Origin: Candidatus Thorarchaeota archaeon
GTDB lineage: Archaea > Asgardarchaeota > Thorarchaeia > Thorarchaeales > Thorarchaeaceae
Reading direction: 5' to 3'
DNA length: 64,000 nt
Assembly: GCA_048882045.1 (NCBI GenBank)
Contig: JBHLRZ010000008.1
Span: 48,906 to 112,905, forward strand
Made by a program: the position numbers and the translations under genes. This document shows positions 10,396 through 20,429 of this stretch, one piece after another. The notes below the pieces were generated by a model that made no database searches, was not told the origin of the DNA, and saw only the letters and a program-made list of their open reading frames with translations. Each line of letters opens with the position of its first letter. Position 1 is the first letter of the stretch.

Positions 10396-12063
10396 ATGGA
10401 AGTCTTTCCTATTCTTGTCGATGGAGAAGAGGTTGACACAGGAAAATACACGGTCTTTCCTGATATGGAAAAGGTCACAGCAGATCCAGGTTTGGCTATT
10501 GCACTACAGATGCAACAAACCTCTTCGTTCTCTCGATTCATTTTCTCAAAGACACCAAGCTTGATTCCTCAGAGTTCTCCTGACATGAGGTTTCTTCGGG
10601 AATACAGGAAGTATCATGGAGTTCCCAAGTACACTAAGGATGAGCTAGATGAAGTGGCATACGCCAAGATTTCAGTAGCACGTGAGGAAGATATCGAACG
10701 TGCGCTGAAAGCAGGTACTCGGGACCACAAGAAGCTCTTCAATCCATTTAGACTTCCTGACATGGGTGTAACTCTGGATGAACGTGCGGACGCTCTCTAC
10801 GAGGCAGGACTTGCTCTGAAGAAGAACTGGGAATCAGTCCGAGACATTTCGATTAAGGAAGGTGTTCCACTAGGCACTCTGAAGTGGACTTGGGAACTAT
10901 TCGAGCCTTCTGCTTACAGAAAATCAGTGGATGAATGGGGAAATCTTCTAGATGTTATTGAGGATCCTGGACTTGATGGAGGCCGGAACTATCGGTTTAG
11001 AGAACCATATGGAATATCTTGTCTCTTCACACCCTATAACTCACCAATTGCACTCGGCATCCTCTCAATAACTTCCTCCATCCTCGCAGGAAACTCTACA
11101 ATTTTGAAACCTCCAAATAAAGTCCCTCTTAGTACGATTCTCTTAGGAAGGATCTACGTGGAATCCTTTCTTGATAGAGGACTACCACCATCATTGCTTC
11201 AAGTTCTAACTGGAGATGGCAAACGCATGATGAACAGGTTCATGTCCGACTCACGTGTGGGTGCAATAGTATGGTACGGGGACAGTGACACTGGCATCAA
11301 GCTCTGGGCTGAAGCCACTTCCAAACGAATCCAGATGGCTCCTGAGCTTGCAGGTAGTGATGCTTGCCTTGTGTGGGGCAGAGATGTGGATCTTGAGAAG
11401 GCAGCTGATATCATCGTTCGAGGAAGGTATCTTGGTAGCGGGCAAGCTTGCATGGCGGTCAAAAGATTGCTTGTTCAAGATTCACTCCATGACGAACTCG
11501 TACGACTTGTTGTTGAAGAATCTGAAAAACTCAAGGTGGGTCTCCCATCAGATCCTGATGTCACACTACCTCCTGTAGGATTTACAGCTCTCTATCAGTT
11601 AATTGACCAGATGGAGGATGCCATTGCCAAAGGAGCAAAGATTGAAACAGGTGGTTATCGTGTTAACTATCTTGACGAGCTTGATCCTGCAGGTCTGTTC
11701 TACAAACCAACTGTTCTGACAAATATCAATCTGGATATGCGACTGATGCAGGAAGAAGTGTTCGCCCCTGCACTCCCTGTTTATCCAGTATCGAGTGTTG
11801 ATCAAGCAATAGAGGTTGCGAACAACTCGAGGTTTGGACTACGGTCATCGGTCATCACAGATGACATCAAGGTTCGCCAACAATGGATAAAGGAAATCCA
11901 ATCAGCAGGCGTAGGCATGGGTGATGACCACGTTTACTATGACCCTTACATGCCTCATTTGGGAGGTTACAAGGACTCAGGCATCGTTGGTGGAAAGTAC
12001 TTCACAACTATGCTTACACGAATGAAGTACGTGCATACAGGTCCAGACAGTGGATTTCTATGA
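10396..12063 (+). CDS. Aldehyde dehydrogenase family protein
   Basis: REPYG, TPYNSP, AGNSTILKP, catalytic ELAG and SGQAC, EEVFAP, GGYKDSG. Confidence 0.9.
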   Translation: MEVFPILVDGEEVDTGKYTVFPDMEKVTADPGLAIALQMQQTSSFSRFIFSKTPSLIPQSSPDMRFLREYRKYHGVPKYTKDELDEVAYAKISVAREEDIERALKAGTRDHKKLFNPFRLPDMGVTLDERADALYEAGLALKKNWESVRDISIKEGVPLGTLKWTWELFEPSAYRKSVDEWGNLLDVIEDPGLDGGRNYRFREPYGISCLFTPYNSPIALGILSITSSILAGNSTILKPPNKVPLSTILLGRIYVESFLDRGLPPSLLQVLTGDGKRMMNRFMSDSRVGAIVWYGDSDTGIKLWAEATSKRIQMAPELAGSDACLVWGRDVDLEKAADIIVRGRYLGSGQACMAVKRLLVQDSLHDELVRLVVEESEKLKVGLPSDPDVTLPPVGFTALYQLIDQMEDAIAKGAKIETGGYRVNYLDELDPAGLFYKPTVLTNINLDMRLMQEEVFAPALPVYPVSSVDQAIEVANNSRFGLRSSVITDDIKVRQQWIKEIQSAGVGMGDDHVYYDPYMPHLGGYKDSGIVGGKYFTTMLTRMKYVHTGPDSGFL

Positions 12064-12100
12064 GTCCAAAGATTGAACAGTCTGAACATCAGTCAGACAT

Positions 12101-13417
12101 ATGATGAATTCAGAGCAATCAGCTAGGTCAGAGGCTATTGATGCACTTGTCGAGTATGAGCATTCAAAGACATCAATGAGAACTCTTCTTCGGGACATGC
12201 AGACGACTTCAGCTGACGCTCCTGATTTCTCACGTTTCACTCAGTCACTCGCTATCTCAGTGATACGCTTTCAGAACACAATCGACTTTCTTCTCACCCG
12301 GTCTCTTGGAAAACAGAGACCTCGGGATCTTGATGATCGGACAAGGAACATTCTCCGACTTGCACTCTTTGAGTCCCGATGGCAAGGTGTTGAATCAGAG
12401 CTTGTATTTTCGAACTATCCACAGGTCAAGGAATTGTTCTATGAGGAGTTTCTGAAAGCCATCTCGATTGACCTCGATTCTGCAACCCAAAATATGCCCC
12501 TGCCAAACAGGCTGAGTTTGCGACTCTCTCATCCCTCGTTTCTTGTGGAAACACTTCTCGATAATCTCGGGGAGAAAGAATCTGTCGATTTGATGGTTGC
12601 TAACAACAAACATCGCTTCTACTATATTCGGCCCAACCGTCTTTTTGGCGAAACTGATTCCGTGATCGAGTCACTCAGTGGTGTCGAATTCACAATAGAC
12701 AATGATGTTCCAGAGGTCTACAGAATAGAGAAGGGTGTGGAAATCCTTGTGAGTTCGGATCTTTTCAGAGAGGGTCGTTTATTGATTCAAGATAAGGCCA
12801 GTGTTGCCACAGTCAATGTTCTTGATCCGCAGCCTGGTGAGAAGATATGGGATGCATGTGCAGCTCCAGGGATGAAGACCCAATTGATTGCTGAGCGACT
12901 CGAGGGTGAGGGGGAGATTATTGCAACAGATATCTATGAGGATCGATTGGAGATCGCCAAAAATCGTTCCAGACAACTAGAAGCTTATAACATTACTTGG
13001 TTACATGCAGATGCTACAAAGACTCCAGTTCTTGATGCTGATAAGATTTTGATTGATGCTCCATGTACTTCAACAGGTGTTTTACAGACATATCCTTCCT
13101 TCAAGTGGAGACTCAACAAATACACGCTCGTTGCTTTGATGACAGTTCAAAACAAGATTCTGGATGCGGTTATCTCAGCATATAGTGATAGACCTGGAAC
13201 TGAGATAGTGTTCTCGACTTGTTCCATTCTTCCTCATGAAGGAGAGTCACAGATTGACTCCGTTATGAAGCATCACAACATAGAGCTTCTTGAGACCCCA
13301 ATCTTTGGAGATACTGGGTATTCTGCCTTCGACTGCTCAGAAAGAGTGCAGAGACTATTTCCCCACCGACATCAATGCAGCGGATTCTTCATTTCGAGGT
13401 TCAAAATCAAGCACTGA
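12101..13417 (+). CDS. RsmB/NOL1/NOP2 m5C RNA methyltransferase with NusB-like N-terminal domain
   Basis: IQDKAS, DACAAPGMKT, ILIDAPCTSTG, FSTCS, RLFPH. Confidence 0.9.
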   Translation: MMNSEQSARSEAIDALVEYEHSKTSMRTLLRDMQTTSADAPDFSRFTQSLAISVIRFQNTIDFLLTRSLGKQRPRDLDDRTRNILRLALFESRWQGVESELVFSNYPQVKELFYEEFLKAISIDLDSATQNMPLPNRLSLRLSHPSFLVETLLDNLGEKESVDLMVANNKHRFYYIRPNRLFGETDSVIESLSGVEFTIDNDVPEVYRIEKGVEILVSSDLFREGRLLIQDKASVATVNVLDPQPGEKIWDACAAPGMKTQLIAERLEGEGEIIATDIYEDRLEIAKNRSRQLEAYNITWLHADATKTPVLDADKILIDAPCTSTGVLQTYPSFKWRLNKYTLVALMTVQNKILDAVISAYSDRPGTEIVFSTCSILPHEGESQIDSVMKHHNIELLETPIFGDTGYSAFDCSERVQRLFPHRHQCSGFFISRFKIKH

Positions 13418-14384
13418 TTCTTCTTTCTACTGACTCCATGACTCTACGAGCGAATTCCCTGTCATCCTTGAATGACCAAGGTATCTCCAAGAATGTCTTG
13501 TTCGCAGTAATCATTAGGTTTTCATCTCTATTGATTAGGACCTTGAAGATCAGTTTGGTCCACTCAAAACATGGGTGCTCGTTGAAAGCTTGGCTATCTC
13601 CTGATTCAGCTGCGGCTTTTGTCAAGTATGCAATACCTTCCTTTGGTTTCCCAAGCATTAGATCTGCGAGAGCTCCCATGCATGCAAGAGTTACCGCATT
13701 CTTCACCATTCCTGATTTGATGTAGGATTTTGCTCCGTCCTTGTATTCTTCGCCTTTCTTCGTATAAAGTGACCTACCATGACTGAATATCAGATCTCTT
13801 GTGTCACTCTTAGTTTCAGTTTCAGCTTTCTTTAAGGAAACTCCACCCAAGACCGCAGCCTTCAACTCTGCCTGCATCTCTGTGGTAGGTGCTCGTTCAG
13901 CAACGCTCCTTGCCTTCTCTATCATCTCTGTACCTGCTGCTAGAAGTTCCTCCTTGACAGAAGAGTTGTTCAGAGCAGGATCTCCCTCTGCAATCCCGTC
14001 TTCGAAAACAATTCTAGCTGCTATGAAGAAATCATATGCTTTACTGATGAGGTCATGCTTATTTGCAAACTCTATGGCTTTAACATACGCAAGTATCGCA
14101 TTGTCTGTTTCGCCCAAGTTCTCGAACTGAGTAGCAGACTCCAATAACCATGGAAATGCATCTGTACTGTTTGACTGTATGGCATCTTGTCCTCTTGCAA
14201 GTGAGCTATAAGCATCAATACAAATTGTGGCTAGATCAGGAATTGAGCACTTCGCATTGACCTCTGCATCTGTAAGTTTATTCCCCCTCAATCTACAGTA
14301 CGGTTCGCCTGTATCTTCAGTGGACCCCAACCATGTGCAGTTGTTTTCGTAAGCCACAAATCTCACTTCGCTTCTAATATCCAT
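13407..14384 (-). CDS. All-helical TPR-like protein, alpha/gamma-SNAP-like
   Basis: Helical repeats (SATQFENLGETDNAILAYVKA; AYDFFIAARIVFE); the C-terminus resembles the SNAP C-terminal bundle; four N-terminal Cys. Confidence 0.55.
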   Translation of the reverse strand: MDIRSEVRFVAYENNCTWLGSTEDTGEPYCRLRGNKLTDAEVNAKCSIPDLATICIDAYSSLARGQDAIQSNSTDAFPWLLESATQFENLGETDNAILAYVKAIEFANKHDLISKAYDFFIAARIVFEDGIAEGDPALNNSSVKEELLAAGTEMIEKARSVAERAPTTEMQAELKAAVLGGVSLKKAETETKSDTRDLIFSHGRSLYTKKGEEYKDGAKSYIKSGMVKNAVTLACMGALADLMLGKPKEGIAYLTKAAAESGDSQAFNEHPCFEWTKLIFKVLINRDENLMITANKTFLEIPWSFKDDREFARRVMESVERRISA

Positions 14385-14476
14385 CTCAATCTTTAACTTG
14401 AATCTTAAAAAACCAACTCTCGCTGTATCGTTATCTTTAACTGAGGCTAGATAGGGGAATTTGTGAGGTATTCACA

Positions 14477-14881
14477 CTGAGTGACGATGACACTGAGCTA
14501 GCCATGATACGACGTAAGAAGATGGCTGAGTTAGTGGCAAGGGAAAAGCAGATGCAAGCTCAAAAAGAACAGAAGGAGAAGACTGAGGTTGAAAGAAACA
14601 AGCTTCTTCAGCGGTTCTTAGCACCAGACGGACGTAAGTACCTTGAGGCCCTAAAAACCAATGATCCTCCTGTGGGTAAGAGGGTCGAAGATGTTCTTCT
14701 GTATCTGATCGTCTATCGTGGTCTACGTCAGATAATCACACAATTGGATGTTCACTATGTCGAAAGACAAGTCAAAGGAGAACCCACAAAGATACGTGTT
14801 CAACGAGATGGCGAAACCTCTGACTTCGGGACATATGTGAAAGAAGCTATCAAAGAGAGCAACAACAAGAAAGAAGACTAA
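14477..14881 (+). CDS. PDCD5/TFAR19-like dsDNA-binding protein
   Basis: SDDDTELAMIRRKKMAEL...RNKLLQRFLAPDGRKYLEALK...P...KRVEDVLL...TKIRVQR. Probable CTG start at 14477 after GAGGT; first ATG is 14504. Confidence 0.75.
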   Translation: MSDDDTELAMIRRKKMAELVAREKQMQAQKEQKEKTEVERNKLLQRFLAPDGRKYLEALKTNDPPVGKRVEDVLLYLIVYRGLRQIITQLDVHYVERQVKGEPTKIRVQRDGETSDFGTYVKEAIKESNNKKED

Positions 14882-15100
14882 CACAATGTCTGTGCTCTGC
14901 CTTTCCACTCTCTGATTGTATACTGAAGTTCTTGACGGTGACCAGCTTGTTTCCGCCTAGAGTCTGCTGATCAATTATTATGGTCTTATCTCTAAGACGT
15001 TCATTGACATCATCGGTAGTGGTGGTCCCGAATCTTAGGTCCATATCCATCGATAATTAAAGGCTGCTCGTTTGGATAGGAACAGAACGGAGTGTGCCAG

Positions 15101-15853
15101 ATGGAGCTTTTCGATGCTCACACGCATATTGACATGAAGCACTATCAACGAGATAGAGAGAGAGTCATTCAGAGGGCAAAAGAGGCTGGTCTTGTAGGCA
15201 TGGTGACAAGCTCTATCGATCCTGCATCTTTCCGCAGAACCCTTGGAATCATAGACAAGCATCGTGAATACATCTATCATTCCGCTGGTTGTGGGGTTTC
15301 TAGATTAACGAGGGCGGACTCTGAAAAGATAATATCTCTAATTCGTAAATATGCACACAACATTGTGGCTATTGGTGAAGTCGGTCTTGACTACTATTGG
15401 ATTAAGGACCACAGAGGCCGAAAAGCCCAAGAACCACTCTTCCAGATGTTCATTGACCTTGCTTCGGAGCTAGAACTCCCTATAGTTATTCACTCAAGGA
15501 AGGCCGAAGCAGAGGCCACAGAGATTCTTGAGAAATCCTTCTCCGGAAACGTTCTCATGCATTGTTTTGACGGTTCTCCAGAGATTGCAGAACGCATTGC
15601 TAAAAACGAGTGGTACATAACTCTACCAGCCAATTTTGGAAAGTACAGAAACAGGGTGTCTGCTGCAAAGATTTTGCCTCTTTCTCGGATTTTACTAGAA
15701 TCTGATGGTCCATATCTTTCACCTGACAATGAACGGAATGAACCCAGTAAGATCATCTATGGTGCTGAAACCCTCAGTAGTATACGAGGGCAACCACTGG
15801 ATGAGGTTGCGAATGCAATTACTCAGAATGCCATGCGTTTCTATAGACTCTAG
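15101..15853 (+). CDS. tatD: TatD family hydrolase/nuclease
   Basis: DAHTH, AIGEVGLDY, IHSR, HCFDG, LLESDGPYL, RNEP. Confidence 0.92.
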   Translation: MELFDAHTHIDMKHYQRDRERVIQRAKEAGLVGMVTSSIDPASFRRTLGIIDKHREYIYHSAGCGVSRLTRADSEKIISLIRKYAHNIVAIGEVGLDYYWIKDHRGRKAQEPLFQMFIDLASELELPIVIHSRKAEAEATEILEKSFSGNVLMHCFDGSPEIAERIAKNEWYITLPANFGKYRNRVSAAKILPLSRILLESDGPYLSPDNERNEPSKIIYGAETLSSIRGQPLDEVANAITQNAMRFYRL

Positions 15854-15900
15854 ACTCACGGACCCAAACTGCCAAATGGGTTTATAGTCAATTGAAATGC

Positions 15901-16689
15901 ATGTATACTCGACGATACATGGATATAGAAGAGACCTCTCTGAAGTCCCCTATCGGTATTATCGGACTCCCTGGAATTGCCAACGTCGGTAAGGTCGCTA
16001 TAGAAACTCTTACCTATGTTCTAGATGCTCAACATGTAGTAGACTTCTTCAGTGATGATTTGCCACCTCGGGTAATTGTACGAAAAGGGATATCCCACTG
16101 TCCGAAGTCCACAATTCATTTGTATAGAGCAGCTCCCGATGAGCCTCATGATCTCTTTCTCCTTACAGCTGATTTTCAACCAGCATCTGGAAAAGGAGTG
16201 TTCGAGTATGCTGATTATGTAGGTAGCGAGTTTGCCAAGTTTGGCGTCAAAGAACTCTACGCATTAGCTGCGTATGAACAAGGATATTCCGAGTATTTCG
16301 AACAATTCCCATCACCTCCACGAATCTTTACGTCTGCTAGCTCTGAAGATCTATTGGAGAGAATAACCAACTCGGAAGGAATGGTCAAGATTGAAGAGGG
16401 GGCAATTGTAGGAGCAAATGGGATTATTCCCGCATGGGCTGCATCTGTCTACAGTATGGAAGGAGTTTGTCTTCTCGGAGAAACCATTGGAGTGATTAAA
16501 GCAGACTACAGGGCTGCACGTATTGTACTTGAGAAGCTAGCAAATCTTGTTGGTATCAAGGCACATTTTGACATCATTGATACAGAAGTTGAGAAAGTCG
16601 TGGAGTTTGTAAAATGGGCTATGGATGAAATTGTACAGAAAGGCTCATCCAATGACACTGAGAATCCTGCCGACCGGTACATCGGCTAA
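15901..16689 (+). CDS. PAC2-family proteasome assembly chaperone
   Basis: GLPGIANVGK, IVGANG, CLLGET, DYRAARIVLE, C-terminal YIG. Confidence 0.85.
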   Translation: MYTRRYMDIEETSLKSPIGIIGLPGIANVGKVAIETLTYVLDAQHVVDFFSDDLPPRVIVRKGISHCPKSTIHLYRAAPDEPHDLFLLTADFQPASGKGVFEYADYVGSEFAKFGVKELYALAAYEQGYSEYFEQFPSPPRIFTSASSEDLLERITNSEGMVKIEEGAIVGANGIIPAWAASVYSMEGVCLLGETIGVIKADYRAARIVLEKLANLVGIKAHFDIIDTEVEKVVEFVKWAMDEIVQKGSSNDTENPADRYIG

Positions 16690-16690
16690 T

Positions 16691-16882
16691 CTACTCAACG
16701 AGCTCTGGATGAAGAATATCAGTAATCCACGCCTGACTATCAAGGTTGATGTAAAAGTAGTGGTCCTCGTGTTTCACCTTTACTGTGAAAGGAAATCGTT
16801 CTGCTTTCTTAATGACATTGGGAGGTACGCTGAGAACTGTTCGTTTAGAACAGATAGGACACTTTGCATATCTTTGTAGCAT
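16691..16882 (-). CDS. Small CxxC/HxxH putative zinc-binding protein
   Basis: KCPIC...FPFTVKVKHEDHYFYINLD; GAGGGAG SD before ATG 16882; directly follows the 134-aa upstream gene. Confidence 0.65.
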   Translation of the reverse strand: MLQRYAKCPICSKRTVLSVPPNVIKKAERFPFTVKVKHEDHYFYINLDSQAWITDILHPELVE

Positions 16883-16893
16883 TATCTTCTCCC

Positions 16894-17298
16894 TCATCTA
16901 ACCATCGAGTCATCACTAAGGACTAAAGTTGTGTCAAATGAATCAACATCTTCAAGGGCATCGGTGAATAGTTTAATGAGATCCTCAGATTCTCTATCTG
17001 CAAGAGTACTCGAATCCACTCCAACAATTCTCAGATTTTCATACACTCCTGCCTCAGCTAGAAATCTTGCTGGACCTCCATCAACTGATAGACGTAAGAT
17101 TAGGAACTTTGCAAAGTCCTTGAATTCGTTTTTTGGCCCCCTCAACTTGCCATTCATCCGTTCAATTTTATTGCTCTCTATGACTTGCTTCAATAGATAT
17201 GCACGAATGACTTGATTCCCGACCTTTCGACGAATGTCAGTAAATTCGTCAACTGAGGAATTATCCCAATGCAATGTCCAGGTGGCTTTAGAACTCAT
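16894..17298 (-). CDS. Hypothetical protein
   Basis: 134-aa ORF with GGTG SD; co-oriented with the small Zn protein. Confidence 0.6.
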   Translation of the reverse strand: MSSKATWTLHWDNSSVDEFTDIRRKVGNQVIRAYLLKQVIESNKIERMNGKLRGPKNEFKDFAKFLILRLSVDGGPARFLAEAGVYENLRIVGVDSSTLADRESEDLIKLFTDALEDVDSFDTTLVLSDDSMVR

Positions 17299-17433
17299 TT
17301 CACACCGTCAAAATACTCCAAATGTGCTCATATAGGGATTTTCTGGGCGTATGACACGATTTTATCAAGCTCGGAATATCTTTATTTGTCAGCACGCAGC
17401 ACAGGATTTCAGAAGGTTCAGGACGGAGTAAAA

Positions 17434-18147
17434 ATGCAAATCATGCCTGTTGACATCGCGATTAGAGAGGTACACGCAGGACTTTGGTTCCTTGTCGTCG
17501 GGTACTACTTCTTCCTCTTTCTCTCACTTGGGAGAAGATGGAGGGAATCAGGAAACCCCTTCCAATTTGCTATGTCATTGTTCTTCCTTTTGCTAGCTAT
17601 AGGGCGATGTTTCTATTTCGTAGGCGATTTCTATGCTGATTCGCTTAGCCTCCCTGGAATTTTAACGGGATACGATCCATTATTGGGTGAGTCTCCGTTC
17701 TGGTTACAGGCGGGTGCGTTCTTCCAGTGGATGGCACTTGCACTACTGTCAGCAACAGCAGGGTTCATGATATTTGGGAAGAAATCAGCACAGATTGCTT
17801 TTGCAGTTCCCGCTGTGGCAATTGGTGTTCTCCTAGGCTTTTTCACGCTAGACGTGACAGTGAGAGTTCTCTTATCTGGCTCAGCTGGTGCAATTTATGC
17901 ATTGTTCATACCGCTGCTGTTCTGGTATCTTGCTTGGCAGTCTGGAGGAAACTTGAGGAAGTCTAACCTATTCCTTGGGTTAGGATTCTTTGTCCTCTTT
18001 GCAGGAAGAGTGATTCACGCTGGACGCTACCTTCTCAGCGATATGGCATTTGGATCAATTACTATCCCAGGAGTTCTAGCTCCTGGTCTGATTGTGATTG
18101 GTTTAATTTTGATTGCAGCTGGGAACGAATGGGGGCAGTCGTCCTAG
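17434..18147 (+). CDS. Multi-pass (about 7 TM) membrane protein
   Basis: About seven hydrophobic segments; GGAG SD before ATG 17434. Confidence 0.75.
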   Translation: MQIMPVDIAIREVHAGLWFLVVGYYFFLFLSLGRRWRESGNPFQFAMSLFFLLLAIGRCFYFVGDFYADSLSLPGILTGYDPLLGESPFWLQAGAFFQWMALALLSATAGFMIFGKKSAQIAFAVPAVAIGVLLGFFTLDVTVRVLLSGSAGAIYALFIPLLFWYLAWQSGGNLRKSNLFLGLGFFVLFAGRVIHAGRYLLSDMAFGSITIPGVLAPGLIVIGLILIAAGNEWGQSS

Positions 18148-18193
18148 TCAGCAACCAGCAGTGGAAGTAGTAAAGTAGTGAGGAGAATAGACT

Positions 18194-18805
18194 TTATCCT
18201 ATTTCTTTCCACTCTAGAATCTTCATGTCTTCAAGTTTATTGAGGGATTTTTGGACCTCTTTCAAATGCATACCAAGCTGATCTGCGATATCACGTGTTG
18301 TGAGTTTGCCATCGCATTTCTTAGCTACATCAAAGGTTTCTTGGCTCATTTGACCTAGTCTGACAAGCATTTGGTTGATCTTCCCCTTCAGCACTGGCAC
18401 AACTATTTTGGTTTCTGAGGCACATCCTTCTTTGGTTATTTCATCCAGCTTAGAGTAGAATGATTCAAAGGGCTCAAGGTTGCCATCCCACTGTGCTAGC
18501 ATGTTACCGAATTTCGCGAAAAAGGCATTGTTCACTTCTCCCAGAACTGCCATTGCAGCATTTCCATCATCGACCTTGTCGACAGTAGCTGCTACTATTA
18601 CATTGTTCTTTAATGAGAGACAAATGTCGAACGCTCCAAAATCAATCACATGTACCCGATTTCCATCACTCAATTCGCGTCCGAATTGGATTAGTGCAGT
18701 AAGGAATCCACTAATCAGGTTTGGATCCATATCCGCTTCTCCATACTTCCGATCGAGGACACAGAGTCCACTATCTGCAATCAGTATGTATACGGCTTGT
18801 ATCAA
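18194..18805 (-). CDS. Longin-domain protein with C-terminal winged helix
   Basis: MIQAVYIL...SGLCVLDRKY...DPNLISGFLTALIQFGREL longin pattern; KCDGKLTTRDIADQLGM...LNKLEDMKILEW wHTH. Confidence 0.8.
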   Translation of the reverse strand: MIQAVYILIADSGLCVLDRKYGEADMDPNLISGFLTALIQFGRELSDGNRVHVIDFGAFDICLSLKNNVIVAATVDKVDDGNAAMAVLGEVNNAFFAKFGNMLAQWDGNLEPFESFYSKLDEITKEGCASETKIVVPVLKGKINQMLVRLGQMSQETFDVAKKCDGKLTTRDIADQLGMHLKEVQKSLNKLEDMKILEWKEIG

Positions 18806-18921
18806 GATACGTATCTCCCACTGCTGAAATCAAACTGGTTTATTGCGCGTGTCCTTAAATCAATTCGTGTGACCTCCTCCTCCATAAGAGAGGTTTATCT
18901 GGAGCCTCTGTCCCTCATATT

Positions 18922-19632
18922 TTGGTGACCAGTTTGGACACAGCAAAAGATGCTCGGGTAATCCTTCTTGAGGATGCAATCAGACGTTTGAGTGAGACAG
19001 TTGGTGGAAGAAGGTTGAAATTACATGTAGAATACTCGAAGTTGGTTGAATTACTCCAACAAGCTGGAAGTCTGATTTACGAAGTCAAATATGCATACGT
19101 TCCTGCAGAGCAACTGGCTGAACTGGAGGCTACTCAGAATATTGTGAATGCGTTGATATCCTTCAAAGACATTCTAGAATCAGCAATCAAATCATCAGGA
19201 TACAAACCCTCTACTGTGAAAGAATCACTTACCCTCTCTGATGTCTTCTATTCATTCCGAATTGCAGAGAACTTTGTTAGGAAACTGACAGAGTTTGATG
19301 ATGACCCAGGAAACGCTGTTGACATTCTTGCTGTTGAGATAAGTCAGACGCAACCAGTTCCTGATTCCAAGAAGCTCACCGAGTGTCGATGTACTGATGG
19401 TTCTAGAATATGGAGGATTGTGACAAACATTCAGGATGTCAAGCCAGGTATGAAACTAGCATGTGCAATATTGCCACCGGTCGAAATGATGAATATCGTA
19501 AGTGAGGCGATGTTTCTCGGTGGTGAACCACTTCCGACTGACACGCAACTTGGTATCATGAATACTCCTCCTGCGTCAGCCTTGGACCAAGCGAGAGCAC
19601 AGGTGTTACAAATAATGAAGAGGATGATGTAG
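18922..19632 (+). CDS. Archaeal tRNA-binding (EMAP/Trbp111-like OB) domain protein with helical N-terminus
   Basis: AVDILAVEI...IVTN...AILPP...SEAMFLG. Confidence 0.75.
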   Translation: MVTSLDTAKDARVILLEDAIRRLSETVGGRRLKLHVEYSKLVELLQQAGSLIYEVKYAYVPAEQLAELEATQNIVNALISFKDILESAIKSSGYKPSTVKESLTLSDVFYSFRIAENFVRKLTEFDDDPGNAVDILAVEISQTQPVPDSKKLTECRCTDGSRIWRIVTNIQDVKPGMKLACAILPPVEMMNIVSEAMFLGGEPLPTDTQLGIMNTPPASALDQARAQVLQIMKRMM

Positions 19633-19971
19633 ATGCATCTAAAGCAAATTCAAACAAAGCTCGACAAGTTTGACAAGAACCGTGGATGGGACAAATTTCC
19701 AGCCTCACTTGTCTTTGCACACTTGATTGAAGAACTTGGGGAGATCTCACGACACATTACCGTGAAAGAGGGCTACAAGGTGATCGGGTTGGGTCACGCA
19801 GCTCCTAACAAAGAAGACCTGTCTCGGGAGTTTGCGCAATCTTTCAACCTATTCACTCAAATCGCAAACTCATTTGGTATTGATCTTGAATCTGCTGTAC
19901 TTAAAGAACTGGAAATAATGGAGGACCGCTTCCCAGTTGAAGAATGGTCCAAACATATGGATAAAAGATAG
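19633..19971 (+). CDS. MazG-like nucleotide pyrophosphohydrolase
   Basis: RGWD...HLIEELGEI...LSREFA...IANSFGIDLESAV..E...RFP. Confidence 0.8.
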   Translation: MHLKQIQTKLDKFDKNRGWDKFPASLVFAHLIEELGEISRHITVKEGYKVIGLGHAAPNKEDLSREFAQSFNLFTQIANSFGIDLESAVLKELEIMEDRFPVEEWSKHMDKR

Positions 19972-19997
19972 ATTGTCTGGTCAGAGTGCTTCTAAAT

Positions 19998-20429
19998 CTA
20001 GGTCATTCTGCGACTTGCTTCGAGAGCCTTTTTAGCCATATCTTCAAGATCCTTGGTTGCAGCCAACAGTCCAAGTGCCTTGTTGTGTACAACCTTGATG
20101 TTCTTCTCCTTGGCCCATTGTGCAAGTCCAGTGACTAGAGGTCCTAGTGCGCTTCTTGCAGCCTCAACTGTGCCGACGGCTTTTCCTAGAAGTTCGAGGC
20201 TATGCTTCTTTTCCTTGCCAGCTTCAGCAACTCTGAGCCATACGAGTCCATGCACCATATAGAGTGCGTCAAGCATCAATGTTGGCGATTTTGGATTGTC
20301 TTGAACTTTCTTCAGGAGTCTCTCCTGACGTTCTTCAAAGACTTCCTTGAAGAGACTGAATGCTTTCTTGTCGTTTCCCTTGTCGAGTTCAATGATGCCT
20401 TTCTGTAATTTTTCGTCAACTTCTGACAC
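19998..20429 (-). CDS. Hypothetical helical (TPR-like start) protein
   Basis: 143-aa ORF with GGAGTGA SD; LQKGIIELDKGNDKKAFSLF. Confidence 0.6.
   Translation of the reverse strand: MSEVDEKLQKGIIELDKGNDKKAFSLFKEVFEERQERLLKKVQDNPKSPTLMLDALYMVHGLVWLRVAEAGKEKKHSLELLGKAVGTVEAARSALGPLVTGLAQWAKEKNIKVVHNKALGLLAATKDLEDMAKKALEASRRMT

Noticed and set aside
14850-15050. 66-aa minus-strand ORF filling the PDCD5-tatD gap
   Set aside because: No motif and it overlaps the PDCD5 3' end; it could be real but is unsupported.
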